Positions 24,418-33,926 of a stretch of DNA of 39,142 bases are shown piece after piece. Under the pieces are notes generated by a model. It was not told the DNA's origin and ran no database searches. It worked only from the letters and a program-made list of their open reading frames with translations. The translations under genes were made by a program, and so were the position numbers. Position 1 is the first letter of the stretch; each line of letters begins with the position of its first letter. This stretch comes from a virus (taxonomy: Duplodnaviria; Caudoviricetes): positions 1 through 39,142 of IMG/VR virus record IMGVR_UViG_3300011434_000014. One strand, 5' to 3'.

Positions 24418-26082
24418 TCATCGCCTTATACAAAAGTTTATTAGCTTACGATAGGAAGTAACGTTTTCATTGAGCATGCTCACCATTTCTTTCCTATTTT
24501 CGTTGTTCAGAGAACTGTGTAATTCCCAGAGTTTTCTAGCAATTCTATTATTTATGGAAATTTCTTTTTCACCTTCAAAGATTAGGCTTGACATATCAAT
24601 GTCATGCTCGATCATCGCTCTGATGATGCCGAGATTGGCGTCTTCCTCAAAATATTTCTTCATAATTTGCTTCGCTGGTACAGCTTTTGCGCTCACTGGT
24701 GCTGCTGGCTTTGGTGGTGGTTTGGGAACGGCCTTCGCGTTGGGAGAAAGTCGCTTCATTTCCCATTTTCTTCTTTGTATTGTAGCTGACAGGGGTTCTT
24801 CCTTATTGGGGGAAGGTTCTTGAATTTTTAGCTTTTGTCGGGCCGCCGCTCCTTCAGAGTCTTTGTCTCTTAGGTGAGCCCAATTCTTTTCAGCCCTAGA
24901 TTGTCTAAAAGCAGATATTGCTTCTGCTCCAGTTGAAGCCAGTCCCATAGCAGCAAATCCAGTAAATCTACCCAATGCGTTTTCTTTTTCTGCGTCAGTG
25001 GCATTAGGACTAGAAAAAGCACTCCCAAAACGGCCCCCTAGTTTATCATCTACCGCCTTCATCCCACGGCCTATCGCACTGAATTCTTGACCTTTTTTCG
25101 CTATTTTCTTGGTCATTTCGTCATCTACAGCACTTGCGCGATCACGTAATCTATTGAGTTTATCGATAATTGATTCTTTTCCTGCTTCTACTTCTGCCGC
25201 TTGTTGAGTTTCACTGCCGCTATTTTCGGCTGGGTTAATAGGTGGCTTTGAAGGGGTTGATTGTGTTTTAGACTGCACATCAGCAGTGAAGCTTTTACTA
25301 ATATTATCAATATCATTTAACGCTTTAGTCTTTGTGTCGCCCATATCTGTGCGAGACTTATCAGTATTATCGGCGGGTGTGCGTGGGCTGGCTTTTCTAA
25401 TGAGCGGCCTTCTCGTTAGATTAGTGCTGGCTAATGCACCTTGTTCCCGCAACGAATAAAGAGTGCTGCAGAAATTTTCTTTGACTGTATTGGCTTCTGG
25501 TGGATCATTATCACCACGATACTGAATAATTGTCTGTTTGCGTTGGGTATCTAAGGCGTTATACATCTGTGTGCCAAGACCGCCAGCATCTTGGCGCGCA
25601 TCATCGGTATTGTCGGCTGGCGTTCTTGGGTCAGGTTTGGTAATGCCAAGGCGTCGACCCAGGTTCTTTACGCCTTTTTTTATGCTATTGACGGCTGAAC
25701 TTGCAACAGAACGGGCAGCAGAACTGACGGCATTGGCAAGCATGCCTTCTTGCCGTAACGCAACTAAGTTATCGTTGAAATTTTCTCTGATGTTCACTTT
25801 TGCGGGTAGTTCTTCTTCCTTGAAGAATTGACCAGTCATGGAATTGAAGGGAAGCGACAAGTACTGATCAATGCTTTGCGCATAATATAAGCCGACCAAT
25901 TGATTATTCGGGAAAGTTCGAATGGTTTTTCTTTGAAATATGATAACCATGGGCATGTCTTTGAAGGTTAGCCCAACATTCGATCCAGTGATAGCCTTGT
26001 CCCACGGATTAGACTCGTCAAGCTGCGATACCGCCTCGATGTGTTGATTGCATTCTTCGACGATTTGCTTGACGGTTTTCAT
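24418..26082 (-). CDS. prohead core/internal head protein with an internal duplication
   Basis: N-terminus MKTVKQIVEE; PRTPADNTD occurs twice; low-complexity charged middle; lies between gp20 and gp21. Confidence 0.65.
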   Translation of the reverse strand: MKTVKQIVEECNQHIEAVSQLDESNPWDKAITGSNVGLTFKDMPMVIIFQRKTIRTFPNNQLVGLYYAQSIDQYLSLPFNSMTGQFFKEEELPAKVNIRENFNDNLVALRQEGMLANAVSSAARSVASSAVNSIKKGVKNLGRRLGITKPDPRTPADNTDDARQDAGGLGTQMYNALDTQRKQTIIQYRGDNDPPEANTVKENFCSTLYSLREQGALASTNLTRRPLIRKASPRTPADNTDKSRTDMGDTKTKALNDIDNISKSFTADVQSKTQSTPSKPPINPAENSGSETQQAAEVEAGKESIIDKLNRLRDRASAVDDEMTKKIAKKGQEFSAIGRGMKAVDDKLGGRFGSAFSSPNATDAEKENALGRFTGFAAMGLASTGAEAISAFRQSRAEKNWAHLRDKDSEGAAARQKLKIQEPSPNKEEPLSATIQRRKWEMKRLSPNAKAVPKPPPKPAAPVSAKAVPAKQIMKKYFEEDANLGIIRAMIEHDIDMSSLIFEGEKEISINNRIARKLWELHSSLNNENRKEMVSMLNENVTSYRKLINFCIRR

Positions 26083-26234
26083 TACTCTGTCTTGATATAT
26101 GCGCTGGCGATATCGGCTTTCTTTTCCTCAAGTCTCTGAACGGCTTTTTGCGATAATGCTGCGTTGAAATTCTCGCGCATCCTATCAAGCTTCTTCTCAT
26201 AGATGTTTTTGATGGCTTCCTTAATTTGATCCAT
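26082..26234 (-). CDS. gp67-like prohead core protein (50 aa, below the ORF-track cutoff)
   Basis: Manual translation MDQIKEAIKNIYEKKLDRMRENFNAALSQKAVQRLEEKKADIASAYIKTE; AGGGAG SD, late promoter upstream, TAATG overlap downstream. Confidence 0.8.
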   Translation of the reverse strand: MDQIKEAIKNIYEKKLDRMRENFNAALSQKAVQRLEEKKADIASAYIKTE

Positions 26235-26254
26235 TGTTTACTCCCTTATTTTTT

Positions 26255-27121
26255 CTATTTATACGAACAATCAATATATTGAATTTCAAGGCTGAGATTG
26301 TCGGTCGCAGCATCGCTACCGACCAGCTTTTGCGGACCATTCATGACAGTCATTTTTGCGCCGCGTGGCAGCATGAATTCTCCCTCATCGGTATTGGAGA
26401 AATTCGACGTATACAGCCCCTTGGCATTTTTCTTGACATGCACTTGTAGCAGCGCCACGGTGGGTCTACCAGTTCTGCTGGTTGTCATTTTGTCTGGTTC
26501 TATCGATCTGAGTACTGATTGAAGACTGACTGAAGAAGTCATATACCCTCTGTGTGTAAATGATTTGCCTGGGGCAAAACTAAACATGTCTTGGTTCTGA
26601 CCAAGCTTTGAATAGATCATGAATTCGCCGGGTGCACGCGACTTCTTTATTGCTGAATCCAGCGATGCAATAACGTCGGCGGTACGATCATCATTAGACA
26701 GAGTTTCTAGCTTGTTGGCGGGAACATTCGACGGAATACTGGATAGGCGCTTGTTGATGTCGGCATAGCCGTCATTGGTGAAGTGTGATATGGCGTCAAT
26801 TTCCCGGTTGTCGTATTTGTCGGCCGAATAATGTTGAGCTAATGCAGTCGTCAATTCATCCATATCTGGTTGCATTATGTTAGCATAGTTGCCAATGTCG
26901 TCGCTATTTTCTTGCTTGAAGGTATTCGTTTTTACCGCACGATTAAATGGCACCAGTTTATCATTTTGCACGACATGGCTGATCTGGTTCGTCTTTGGGT
27001 CTTCATATCGACCGAAGCCGACATAATTGAGATTGAGTTTCTTCGCAGCCTTGACGGCATTTGAATTCTCGTCTTCAGCTTTTGCTGCATTTAGGTCTTC
27101 ATTTATTCTTTTTATTATCAT
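26255..27121 (-). CDS. second ADP-ribosyltransferase-fold protein (VIP2/Alt-like)
   Basis: AISHFTNDGYADINKRL, LDSAIKK, MIYSKLG (beta1), GYMTSSVS, LQVHVKKNAKGLY, EGEFMLPRG (ExE); start MIIKRINE overlaps the end of gp20. Confidence 0.8.
   Translation of the reverse strand: MIIKRINEDLNAAKAEDENSNAVKAAKKLNLNYVGFGRYEDPKTNQISHVVQNDKLVPFNRAVKTNTFKQENSDDIGNYANIMQPDMDELTTALAQHYSADKYDNREIDAISHFTNDGYADINKRLSSIPSNVPANKLETLSNDDRTADVIASLDSAIKKSRAPGEFMIYSKLGQNQDMFSFAPGKSFTHRGYMTSSVSLQSVLRSIEPDKMTTSRTGRPTVALLQVHVKKNAKGLYTSNFSNTDEGEFMLPRGAKMTVMNGPQKLVGSDAATDNLSLEIQYIDCSYK
26256..26263 (-). promoter_or_regulatory. T4-type late promoter TATAAATA
   Basis: Exact consensus upstream of the gp67-like gene. Confidence 0.85.
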
Positions 27122-28844
27122 CTTCAAATTCCAGTTGATTGTCCTGAATTTCAAATTTAGATGGCATCTTTTCCATTGGCGTTCCGTCAGGGTTCAATGG
27201 AACGCCATCGGGACCAACCATTGGCTGCTGCCCTGGCTGTTGCTGCATTCCTGGCTGTCCAGGCATTCCAGGCATTCCAGGCTGCGGCATTCCCGGCTGT
27301 CCAGGCATTCCTGGCATCCCAGGCATGCCACCCATTGCGGCCATTGCATCCTGTTGCTGCTGCTGTTCTGCCGCCATCTGTTCGGTCATTTCTTCAATTT
27401 CGTCTTCATTCAAATGTAGAACGTTTTTGTTGACCCATTCCATTGAGTAATAGCGACCAACATAAGGGTCGATTAGTTGCAGAACGCCGATACGATTGGT
27501 CATCAATTCGGCTTCTTTTAACTCAGTGAAATTATTATCTTTTTTGTAATCGTACCAGATATCTTCCTTGAATTCGCTCCATTCTTCCTCGCTGCACACT
27601 TTTTTCATGACTAACTGGACGCGTAACAAGTCGTCAAACAGCACTGCGAATTGATTTCTCAGCCTAACGATGAATTTCATGAACTTAAGTTCATCACGAG
27701 TAATTTCGGTGGTACGACCAAGGGAAAAGCCTTGGTTCTGCTCCAGGCGCGACAGTGGCACGCCCAGCGATTTATACAGCTTACGTTCGAAATATTTCAC
27801 ATCTTCAAGTTCACCCAGGTTCTGGCCGCCGGGCAGTGTGGTGATTTCGGTGCCTTTGCTGCCTTCGCGCCGTGGCAGCCAAAAGTCTTCCAGCATGCTG
27901 AGATGTTTGCGGTCGTCTTTGATTTCACCTGTGGTGCTATCATAGACCAGCTTATTGCGGTATTTGACCATAATGTCGCGCAAGTATTCGTCAGCCTTAA
28001 CCGTTGGCATATTGCCCACATCAACGTAAAAAATTCGACGTTCTGGCGCACGTGACAGTCGATAGATAACAGTCGCATCTTCGACCATGCGCAAGTTGTT
28101 CAGTGGCTTGATGGCTTTGTGCAAGTATGAAAGCACCATTGAGCGCTTTGCGTCCATCAGTCCAGAATTGACATTAACAATGGAATCGGTGGCAATCTTG
28201 GCTCCAAGGTTAGTATGTACACCAATCATTCCACGTTCATTGTACAGATAGTATTCATTCTGGCTTTTGATCAATTCAATGCCGGTTGTTGGGTCTTTGA
28301 TTTTCTGTATCTCACGAATTTTTCTGATGCGCCTGGGATCGATGTAGCGTAATTCTTTGATGCCCTCGGCTATGGCAGTTTCATCGATGACCAAGTGGTA
28401 AAACAGGCGACCGTCAATATACCAACGTTTGAATATATTATAGCCCATATTACCAAAGTTCAGCAGCTTCAAGATGTAGTCAAATTCGTCGCGAATTTTC
28501 TTCTTGATTGATTCTGGCTGCTTCAGATCGTCCATATTTAATTCAATGGAATGACCAGCATCATCCATGACAATCGTTTCGTTAACAATTTCATCAATGC
28601 CTTGCTCACATTCTGGCTGCAGGCTCATTTCTCGATAACGTGTGATTAGCTCGATTTCGTTGCGAACAACTCCATCCAAGTCAACATAGGTGCCATAATA
28701 AGCACCAGATTGAATAACAACTGCACCGTCATCGTTTTGAGGAAGCGTAAATGTTTTCTGGTCTGGAACGACCGCATTTACACCTTTTAGTTCTTCGTCT
28801 TTACCTTTTCGAGTTATTTGAAACCCAAAGAGCGTAATTGCCAT
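27099..28844 (-). CDS. gp20: portal protein gp20
   Basis: LFGF, RWYIDGR, SYLHKAIKP.N.LRMVEDA.VIYRLSRAPERRIFYVDVGNMP, EDFWLPRREG, EITRDE. Confidence 0.98.
   Translation of the reverse strand: MAITLFGFQITRKGKDEELKGVNAVVPDQKTFTLPQNDDGAVVIQSGAYYGTYVDLDGVVRNEIELITRYREMSLQPECEQGIDEIVNETIVMDDAGHSIELNMDDLKQPESIKKKIRDEFDYILKLLNFGNMGYNIFKRWYIDGRLFYHLVIDETAIAEGIKELRYIDPRRIRKIREIQKIKDPTTGIELIKSQNEYYLYNERGMIGVHTNLGAKIATDSIVNVNSGLMDAKRSMVLSYLHKAIKPLNNLRMVEDATVIYRLSRAPERRIFYVDVGNMPTVKADEYLRDIMVKYRNKLVYDSTTGEIKDDRKHLSMLEDFWLPRREGSKGTEITTLPGGQNLGELEDVKYFERKLYKSLGVPLSRLEQNQGFSLGRTTEITRDELKFMKFIVRLRNQFAVLFDDLLRVQLVMKKVCSEEEWSEFKEDIWYDYKKDNNFTELKEAELMTNRIGVLQLIDPYVGRYYSMEWVNKNVLHLNEDEIEEMTEQMAAEQQQQQDAMAAMGGMPGMPGMPGQPGMPQPGMPGMPGQPGMQQQPGQQPMVGPDGVPLNPDGTPMEKMPSKFEIQDNQLEFEDDNKKNK
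27224..27335. repeat. 9-bp-based tandem repeat encoding (GMP/GQP)n in the portal C-terminal tail
   Basis: Repeated ggcattcc(a/t) and ggctgtcca units; protein GMPGMPGMPGQPGMPQPGMPGMPGQPG. Confidence 0.85.
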
Positions 28845-28903
28845 TAAACATGCGCCTCATTCATTGAAGGAGCTAGAGAAATTTCCCTAGCTCTATTATA
28901 TAG

Positions 28904-29512
28904 TTATGCTATAGGTGGAAGATGAGGCGAGAAGGGTACGTTCTGCCCAATGGTATCTGTGGTCGGTCCATTTACACCAGTGTCGAATTCCCACCACTGA
29001 TATGCAAGGGTTACTGCGAATTCTTCAATGGTGTTGTTTGTGCTCCAATCAACGTCAATGGCGCTCAAATCAATGGGGAACATACCGATAAATTTATATG
29101 CCTTGATCGCGTCGCCAGTCTTGCCAAACTGGGTAACATAACCATCTTGCTGATAACCATCATCACCACTCAACATGCTTGGGTCGCGAAGATTCCCGAC
29201 ATGGGAATTCAGGCCGCTCATCCATTTCTCGAATGCATCACGAACGACAAAATCTTCGTCGTTGATAATCGTAATGGTCCATTCTGGGAATGTGCGATTG
29301 CCAGAAAATCTCACCTGACGGCCAAAATAGAACTGTTGAATCTGATCAACGGTCGAGCCCGGTAGCTGCGCCGCACGAGCCATAAAAGTCAGTTTCTGCT
29401 GTGCGCCGGAAACATTGGCAATGGCAGGAAACGTCATTTCGATGTTAAAAAGATTCGGCCGGGCACCGTCGTATACCATTTGTGAACGAAATTCTTGAAC
29501 GCGAAAAGCCAT
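28904..29512 (-). CDS. gp19: tail tube protein gp19
   Basis: GARPNLF, AAQLPGS, GNRTFPEWTITIINDEDF, FEKW, IEEFAVTLAYQWW. Confidence 0.96.
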   Translation of the reverse strand: MAFRVQEFRSQMVYDGARPNLFNIEMTFPAIANVSGAQQKLTFMARAAQLPGSTVDQIQQFYFGRQVRFSGNRTFPEWTITIINDEDFVVRDAFEKWMSGLNSHVGNLRDPSMLSGDDGYQQDGYVTQFGKTGDAIKAYKFIGMFPIDLSAIDVDWSTNNTIEEFAVTLAYQWWEFDTGVNGPTTDTIGQNVPFSPHLPPIA

Positions 29513-29536
29513 GTTAGTTTACTCCCTGTGTGTTGT

Positions 29537-29544
29537 TATTTATA
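29537..29544 (-). promoter_or_regulatory. T4-type late promoter TATAAATA (gp19)
   Basis: Exact consensus between gp18 and gp19. Confidence 0.85.
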
Positions 29545-29551
29545 TTGAATA

Positions 29552-31303
29552 TTAGCCCCACTTGCCGACAACTTCTTCAAAAGCCACCCCCGTGCGGACG
29601 GCTATAAAATTTAACAAAATGAAGTTTATCGATCTAGCTGGTTTGATATAGATATCACCTATAAACTCATTCCTGTCAATGACTTCGGGAGTATTGTTAG
29701 TCGAGTCGCAAACAACCTTGAAATCGTAAATACCGCGCCGACCCTGTACATCACGCAGGAATGGCTCAACCATGGCAACAAATTGTGCGCGAGTAAACTC
29801 ATCGTTGAATTCGAACAATGAATACTTGGCTGCTCTTGAAATCGCCTTTTCAAGTACAATGAACAAGCGTCTGACGTTGATACGATCAAACGCCGATGGC
29901 TTGGCCAGCATCGTTTTATCGCCGTATAGAATGACACCCTCGCCAGGGAAATTGTGCACTGGATTGATGCCATTCTTGTACAGATCATCGCGATTGGCCT
30001 TGGACGCATGCCACGCCAACTTGACCACGTTTTTGATCTGGCCACGATTGAAACCGGCCGGTGAATACCAGGGGTCGCGATCATAGTCAGTGCGAACACA
30101 CAGACCAGCAATGTCGCCATTTAGCGGCAACCACCTGTACATATTGTTATATTTGTCGAATTGTAGTTTCCAGTTGCCATCCATGAAGGCATATGACGTG
30201 CTATTGAATTCATTGCGATAGGCAATGCAATCTTCGGCTTCATAACCGGCGTTGTTTACAACATCTGAAAACTGTGGTGATACGAATACCACACAATCTC
30301 TTCGAGAATTGCCAATGTTTTCTACAACATATTCAGCGACATTTTGAGTATGTGAGCCTACCATGACCAATGAGATATCAACTTCTTCTGAATTGCCAAA
30401 TTTATCGTAGCCTATGCATAAGTCGCCAGCATTTGGATAGCCGTCTATGCCACCAGTTAATGACGATTCATAGATGTCGTAGGTTTGTTGGAAACTGGTG
30501 TTAGATGCTGGGGTGCCCCAGGTTGTTGTTTCAGCAACATCAGTAGTAGCATTTTGTGCATGGTTCAGCGCATAGATATAGCGCGACCGATCATTTAGGA
30601 CGTTGACATAGTAGTTGGACGATCCATCATCAGTGATCGCGTCAATGGCTTTTGAGACGTAATGGAATTTTTCCAGCACTGTATTGGCTGCGCCGGTAAA
30701 TTTACCTAGTTTATCGACAACGATAATGTGCATTTCGTCGTTTGCGCCCGCCAGATTGGCGACATAGGCTGACGTGCCAGGGACATTATTAAATTCTTCA
30801 TAGTATGGACGAACTTCATTTACGCCCCATGTTTCATAGACCGTATTTGATAAACTCGAACCAGCGAACATCGACACCTTGAGCGAATTGCCAAGAGCGC
30901 CAGCATATCGAGCAGCAAACATACCGAAGCCGTTTGAGGCTGCGGGCAGGCCCATATAGTTGATTTCGTAGAAGTCGCGGTTCTTAATGAGCAGCCCAGG
31001 ACCGAAAGTATTGGATGTCGCATTTTTAGCGCCGAGAGTAGTCGTATTAGCGACACGAACAGCTTTCAAATTCTGCGCATAGGACAAGAAGTTGGCACAT
31101 GTGAAAAATGATTTAAATGTATTCGCATCAGGTTTACCATAAGTTCTGGCCAATTCGACTTCATTACTGAAGGTCATGATGGTGTCAAGTGGTCCCCAAA
31201 CGAACTCTCCAGCATATGCACCTTCTGTGGTGCCTACACTTGGAATGATAGTTGTCAGATCAATTTCGGTAACGTAGACGCCCGGTGAGAGATAAAACGC
31301 CAT
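29552..31303 (-). CDS. gp18: tail sheath protein gp18
   Basis: LSPGVYVTEIDLT, WGP, PWYSPAGFNRG, GDKT, AFDRINVRRLF, FEFND, KPARSINFI. Confidence 0.98.
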   Translation of the reverse strand: MAFYLSPGVYVTEIDLTTIIPSVGTTEGAYAGEFVWGPLDTIMTFSNEVELARTYGKPDANTFKSFFTCANFLSYAQNLKAVRVANTTTLGAKNATSNTFGPGLLIKNRDFYEINYMGLPAASNGFGMFAARYAGALGNSLKVSMFAGSSLSNTVYETWGVNEVRPYYEEFNNVPGTSAYVANLAGANDEMHIIVVDKLGKFTGAANTVLEKFHYVSKAIDAITDDGSSNYYVNVLNDRSRYIYALNHAQNATTDVAETTTWGTPASNTSFQQTYDIYESSLTGGIDGYPNAGDLCIGYDKFGNSEEVDISLVMVGSHTQNVAEYVVENIGNSRRDCVVFVSPQFSDVVNNAGYEAEDCIAYRNEFNSTSYAFMDGNWKLQFDKYNNMYRWLPLNGDIAGLCVRTDYDRDPWYSPAGFNRGQIKNVVKLAWHASKANRDDLYKNGINPVHNFPGEGVILYGDKTMLAKPSAFDRINVRRLFIVLEKAISRAAKYSLFEFNDEFTRAQFVAMVEPFLRDVQGRRGIYDFKVVCDSTNNTPEVIDRNEFIGDIYIKPARSINFILLNFIAVRTGVAFEEVVGKWG

Positions 31304-31346
31304 TTTTATTTGCTCCCCTTTTTAGAAGGATGTTTTTGTTCTTGAC

Positions 31347-31354
31347 TATTTAGA
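31347..31354 (-). promoter_or_regulatory. late promoter variant TCTAAATA (gp18)
   Basis: 7/8 match to consensus in the gp17-gp18 gap. Confidence 0.65.
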
Positions 31355-31366
31355 ATTTTGGCGTTT

Positions 31367-33046
31367 TTAGAGTTTGTGTCTATTCGCGAGTATATCCCAT
31401 TCTAAATTATCGAAAGTATTGATGCCTTCCCGCTGCACCAACCACTTTTCTTTAGCGTCTTGCATCTGTTCTTCTATTGGATTATCGAGGCCATTATCGA
31501 TAATGCCAAAAGGTACGATGTCGGCATTCATTATTTTCAATTGTTCTTCCTGCAAGGCTTCTCGAATATTATTACTGATGCTTGCCTTGAAGAATTTTTG
31601 TCCTGTTAGCCAGCCGAAATTGACCAGCGTCATTGCAAGGTCATCGTTGTTGCCTTCTTCAGCCTTGAAAGTTTGCTGGCTTGCCGAGAAAGTCGTCAGT
31701 TCCATGATTGTTTCGGCGTCGTTGATCAATAGCTTGTCAGATTCAATCAACGCTTTCAAGTTGGTGCATCCAATCATCTTGGTCTGTTTGGTCTGTTTCA
31801 GACCAAAGCCGATTTTAGTGCGCTTGAACCCAGGCGAATGCTGCTGTCCTTGTTTGCCCTTTGTTTCGACCTTGATCAAGTTTTCATAGGCCAGTTCATA
31901 GTGTAGAATATCAGCTACCTGAAGACCTATGCTATTGATTTCAACCAAGATAAAGGCATCATTGTACATTCTTGCCGCCGTCAGTACAAGCGTCGGCAAC
32001 AGCAATGGCTGGATTTTGTTGCTGCGATATTTCGCCACTTGTCGATATGGTATGCAGGTTACATCAATTATTGAGAATGCTGAATAGTCGAGTCCCTGAC
32101 CCTCGGCAACATCTACGGTAATTGTGTAAGTGTGCCCCTTTTCCGGTTCCTTGTGTATATCAAGTTCGCGATCACGTCGAATTGGATCATGAAACACCAA
32201 TGAACGTAATTTAGCACCACTAATCAGCGTATTGGTTGAGCCCAAGAACTCACATTCGAATTCCTGCGCGAACTGCATTGCGCTGGTATTCTTGATGGTT
32301 TCCTCTTTCCAGGCTTGTGTACGCCCTGGTACCTGAGACCAATGCACAGTAAAAGGAATATAATGGCTGCGTTTTTCGACGGCATCGCTCCACATTTTCC
32401 AGAATAGATTGAGTCCATTTGGTGTCGATACGATGATAACCTTCGTTGTTATACCAGATGAAATTGTTGGATAGGTGCTCATGAAGAATGATTCGGCAAT
32501 ATTATTTTGAACGTGGCCAAACTCGTCGAGGAATATGATGTTGAAGGCGCGGCCACGAACAGATGAACCAGAGGTAGCATCGGCTATTATTCTTGAGCCG
32601 TTGGCAAATACGATGCTACCTTTGTTCCATTCGATTACACCCATTTTCAAAAAATTGGGCAAATACTCAAATGCCAATTGCAGACGACCCATAATTTCGC
32701 GCGCAGTCGAGGCTTTGTTGGCCAAGATTGCAACACTCGCGTTTTCATTAAATAGAATATAATGCAATAAAAATGCATTTGCAGTGGTGGTTTTTCCAAC
32801 CTGTCGAGGGCATAAACATATCGAGAACCTGTTATGGTGAAATGTATTAAGCATTTCTTCTTGAAAGTCCCACATCTCGAAGTTCATCAAGCCGCGATCA
32901 ACGTTCACAATTTTCATATAGTGCGTGGCAAAATAAATGGGATCGTCAGCACACTTGGAGAATTCATCAAGCTCCAATTGCGAAAAATTGTGCTTGTAAT
33001 CTATTCTGGGTAATAGGGGGTTGTTATTGTAGCCGTAATTAGCCAT
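31367..33046 (-). CDS. gp17: terminase large subunit gp17
   Basis: PRQVGKTT, ILANK, IIFLDEF, VSTPNG, QEFECEF, nuclease VDVAEGQGLDYS, NDDLAM. Confidence 0.98.
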   Translation of the reverse strand: MANYGYNNNPLLPRIDYKHNFSQLELDEFSKCADDPIYFATHYMKIVNVDRGLMNFEMWDFQEEMLNTFHHNRFSICLCPRQVGKTTTANAFLLHYILFNENASVAILANKASTAREIMGRLQLAFEYLPNFLKMGVIEWNKGSIVFANGSRIIADATSGSSVRGRAFNIIFLDEFGHVQNNIAESFFMSTYPTISSGITTKVIIVSTPNGLNLFWKMWSDAVEKRSHYIPFTVHWSQVPGRTQAWKEETIKNTSAMQFAQEFECEFLGSTNTLISGAKLRSLVFHDPIRRDRELDIHKEPEKGHTYTITVDVAEGQGLDYSAFSIIDVTCIPYRQVAKYRSNKIQPLLLPTLVLTAARMYNDAFILVEINSIGLQVADILHYELAYENLIKVETKGKQGQQHSPGFKRTKIGFGLKQTKQTKMIGCTNLKALIESDKLLINDAETIMELTTFSASQQTFKAEEGNNDDLAMTLVNFGWLTGQKFFKASISNNIREALQEEQLKIMNADIVPFGIIDNGLDNPIEEQMQDAKEKWLVQREGINTFDNLEWDILANRHKL

Positions 33047-33050
33047 TGAT

Positions 33051-33269
33051 TTATTTTATACTAAGGTTCAGATTACCCAAGCCACCGCCGCCAACAAGAG
33101 ACAGCAACAACATTATCACGGCTAGAATAACTACAACCATAACAAGAATGCGGGCAACTTTACCGACAGGTTCAGGTAATGGAATATTGTCCAAGACGTA
33201 CATTGCTAGCCAATACAGCAAACCTATTACGCAGATATAAACGATGATGGTTATCAGTGTGGTGATCAT
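33051..33269 (-). CDS. small two-TM membrane protein
   Basis: Two hydrophobic helices separated by NIPLPEP; TAATG overlap with the upstream gene. Confidence 0.75.
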   Translation of the reverse strand: MITTLITIIVYICVIGLLYWLAMYVLDNIPLPEPVGKVARILVMVVVILAVIMLLLSLVGGGGLGNLNLSIK

Positions 33270-33535
33270 TATTTTTTGCTCCTGTTTTTTAACTTCTTTT
33301 CCATCTTATCAAGTGCAGGGTAGTAGTCTGGAAACTCACCAATGTGATCTGTGGCAATCTCGCGCGCTATTGCTTTATGCTTGGTGTGTTCCTTTTCGAC
33401 GCCCATGCCTTTTTTAATTGCTTTCTTGATCTGTGCCAGTGGCACCTTAGACTTTTTGGCTATGGATTCAGGCGATGGTGTTGGGGTATTTAGAAATTCT
33501 TTGAACCCCTTGATTGGAGAGCGTTTAAATACCAT
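33269..33535 (-). CDS. DUF5661-like protein
   Basis: GMGVEKEHT...AREIATDHIGEFPDYYPALDKME motif. Confidence 0.75.
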   Translation of the reverse strand: MVFKRSPIKGFKEFLNTPTPSPESIAKKSKVPLAQIKKAIKKGMGVEKEHTKHKAIAREIATDHIGEFPDYYPALDKMEKKLKNRSKK

Positions 33536-33926
33536 TTTTTTCACTCTTTATCTTCTTGAGTAAGTCAGCGGTACTGCCGACAAAAACAGCCTTATCGACT
33601 TGAATGTTGTTTCTGATACCTTCATTTTTCAATTCTTTGGTTTTCTGCTGCAATTCTAATAAGTCTTTTGCGGTCTGACTGACAGCGGTAATCAGCTTAC
33701 CTAGCACTTCATATGAGCGAGGAGTATCTAAGTCTTTGGCCAAATAAGATGCATTGTCGACGGCTTTCACGCCGCTGTCGATCAATCCCTGCAGTGTATG
33801 CCGAGCGATCAAGTAGTCTTTTTCGATGTCGGTGGCGTCTTCTGGTATCTCGACCATCGGCCTTGATTCGACTTCTTCTAGTGCTGGATCGATGTCGAAT
33901 ATCGTTGAGAGTTTATTGTCGCTCAT
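33525..33926 (-). CDS. gp16: terminase small subunit gp16
   Basis: DYLIARHTL, PRSYEVLGKLI, LLELQ, VFVGSTADL. Confidence 0.93.
   Translation of the reverse strand: MSDNKLSTIFDIDPALEEVESRPMVEIPEDATDIEKDYLIARHTLQGLIDSGVKAVDNASYLAKDLDTPRSYEVLGKLITAVSQTAKDLLELQQKTKELKNEGIRNNIQVDKAVFVGSTADLLKKIKSEKNGI

Noticed and set aside
28870-28893. Hairpin GAGCTAG...CTAGCTC between gp19 and gp20 as a terminator
   Set aside because: No U-tract on the minus strand; may be a stabilising or attenuating stem but cannot be called
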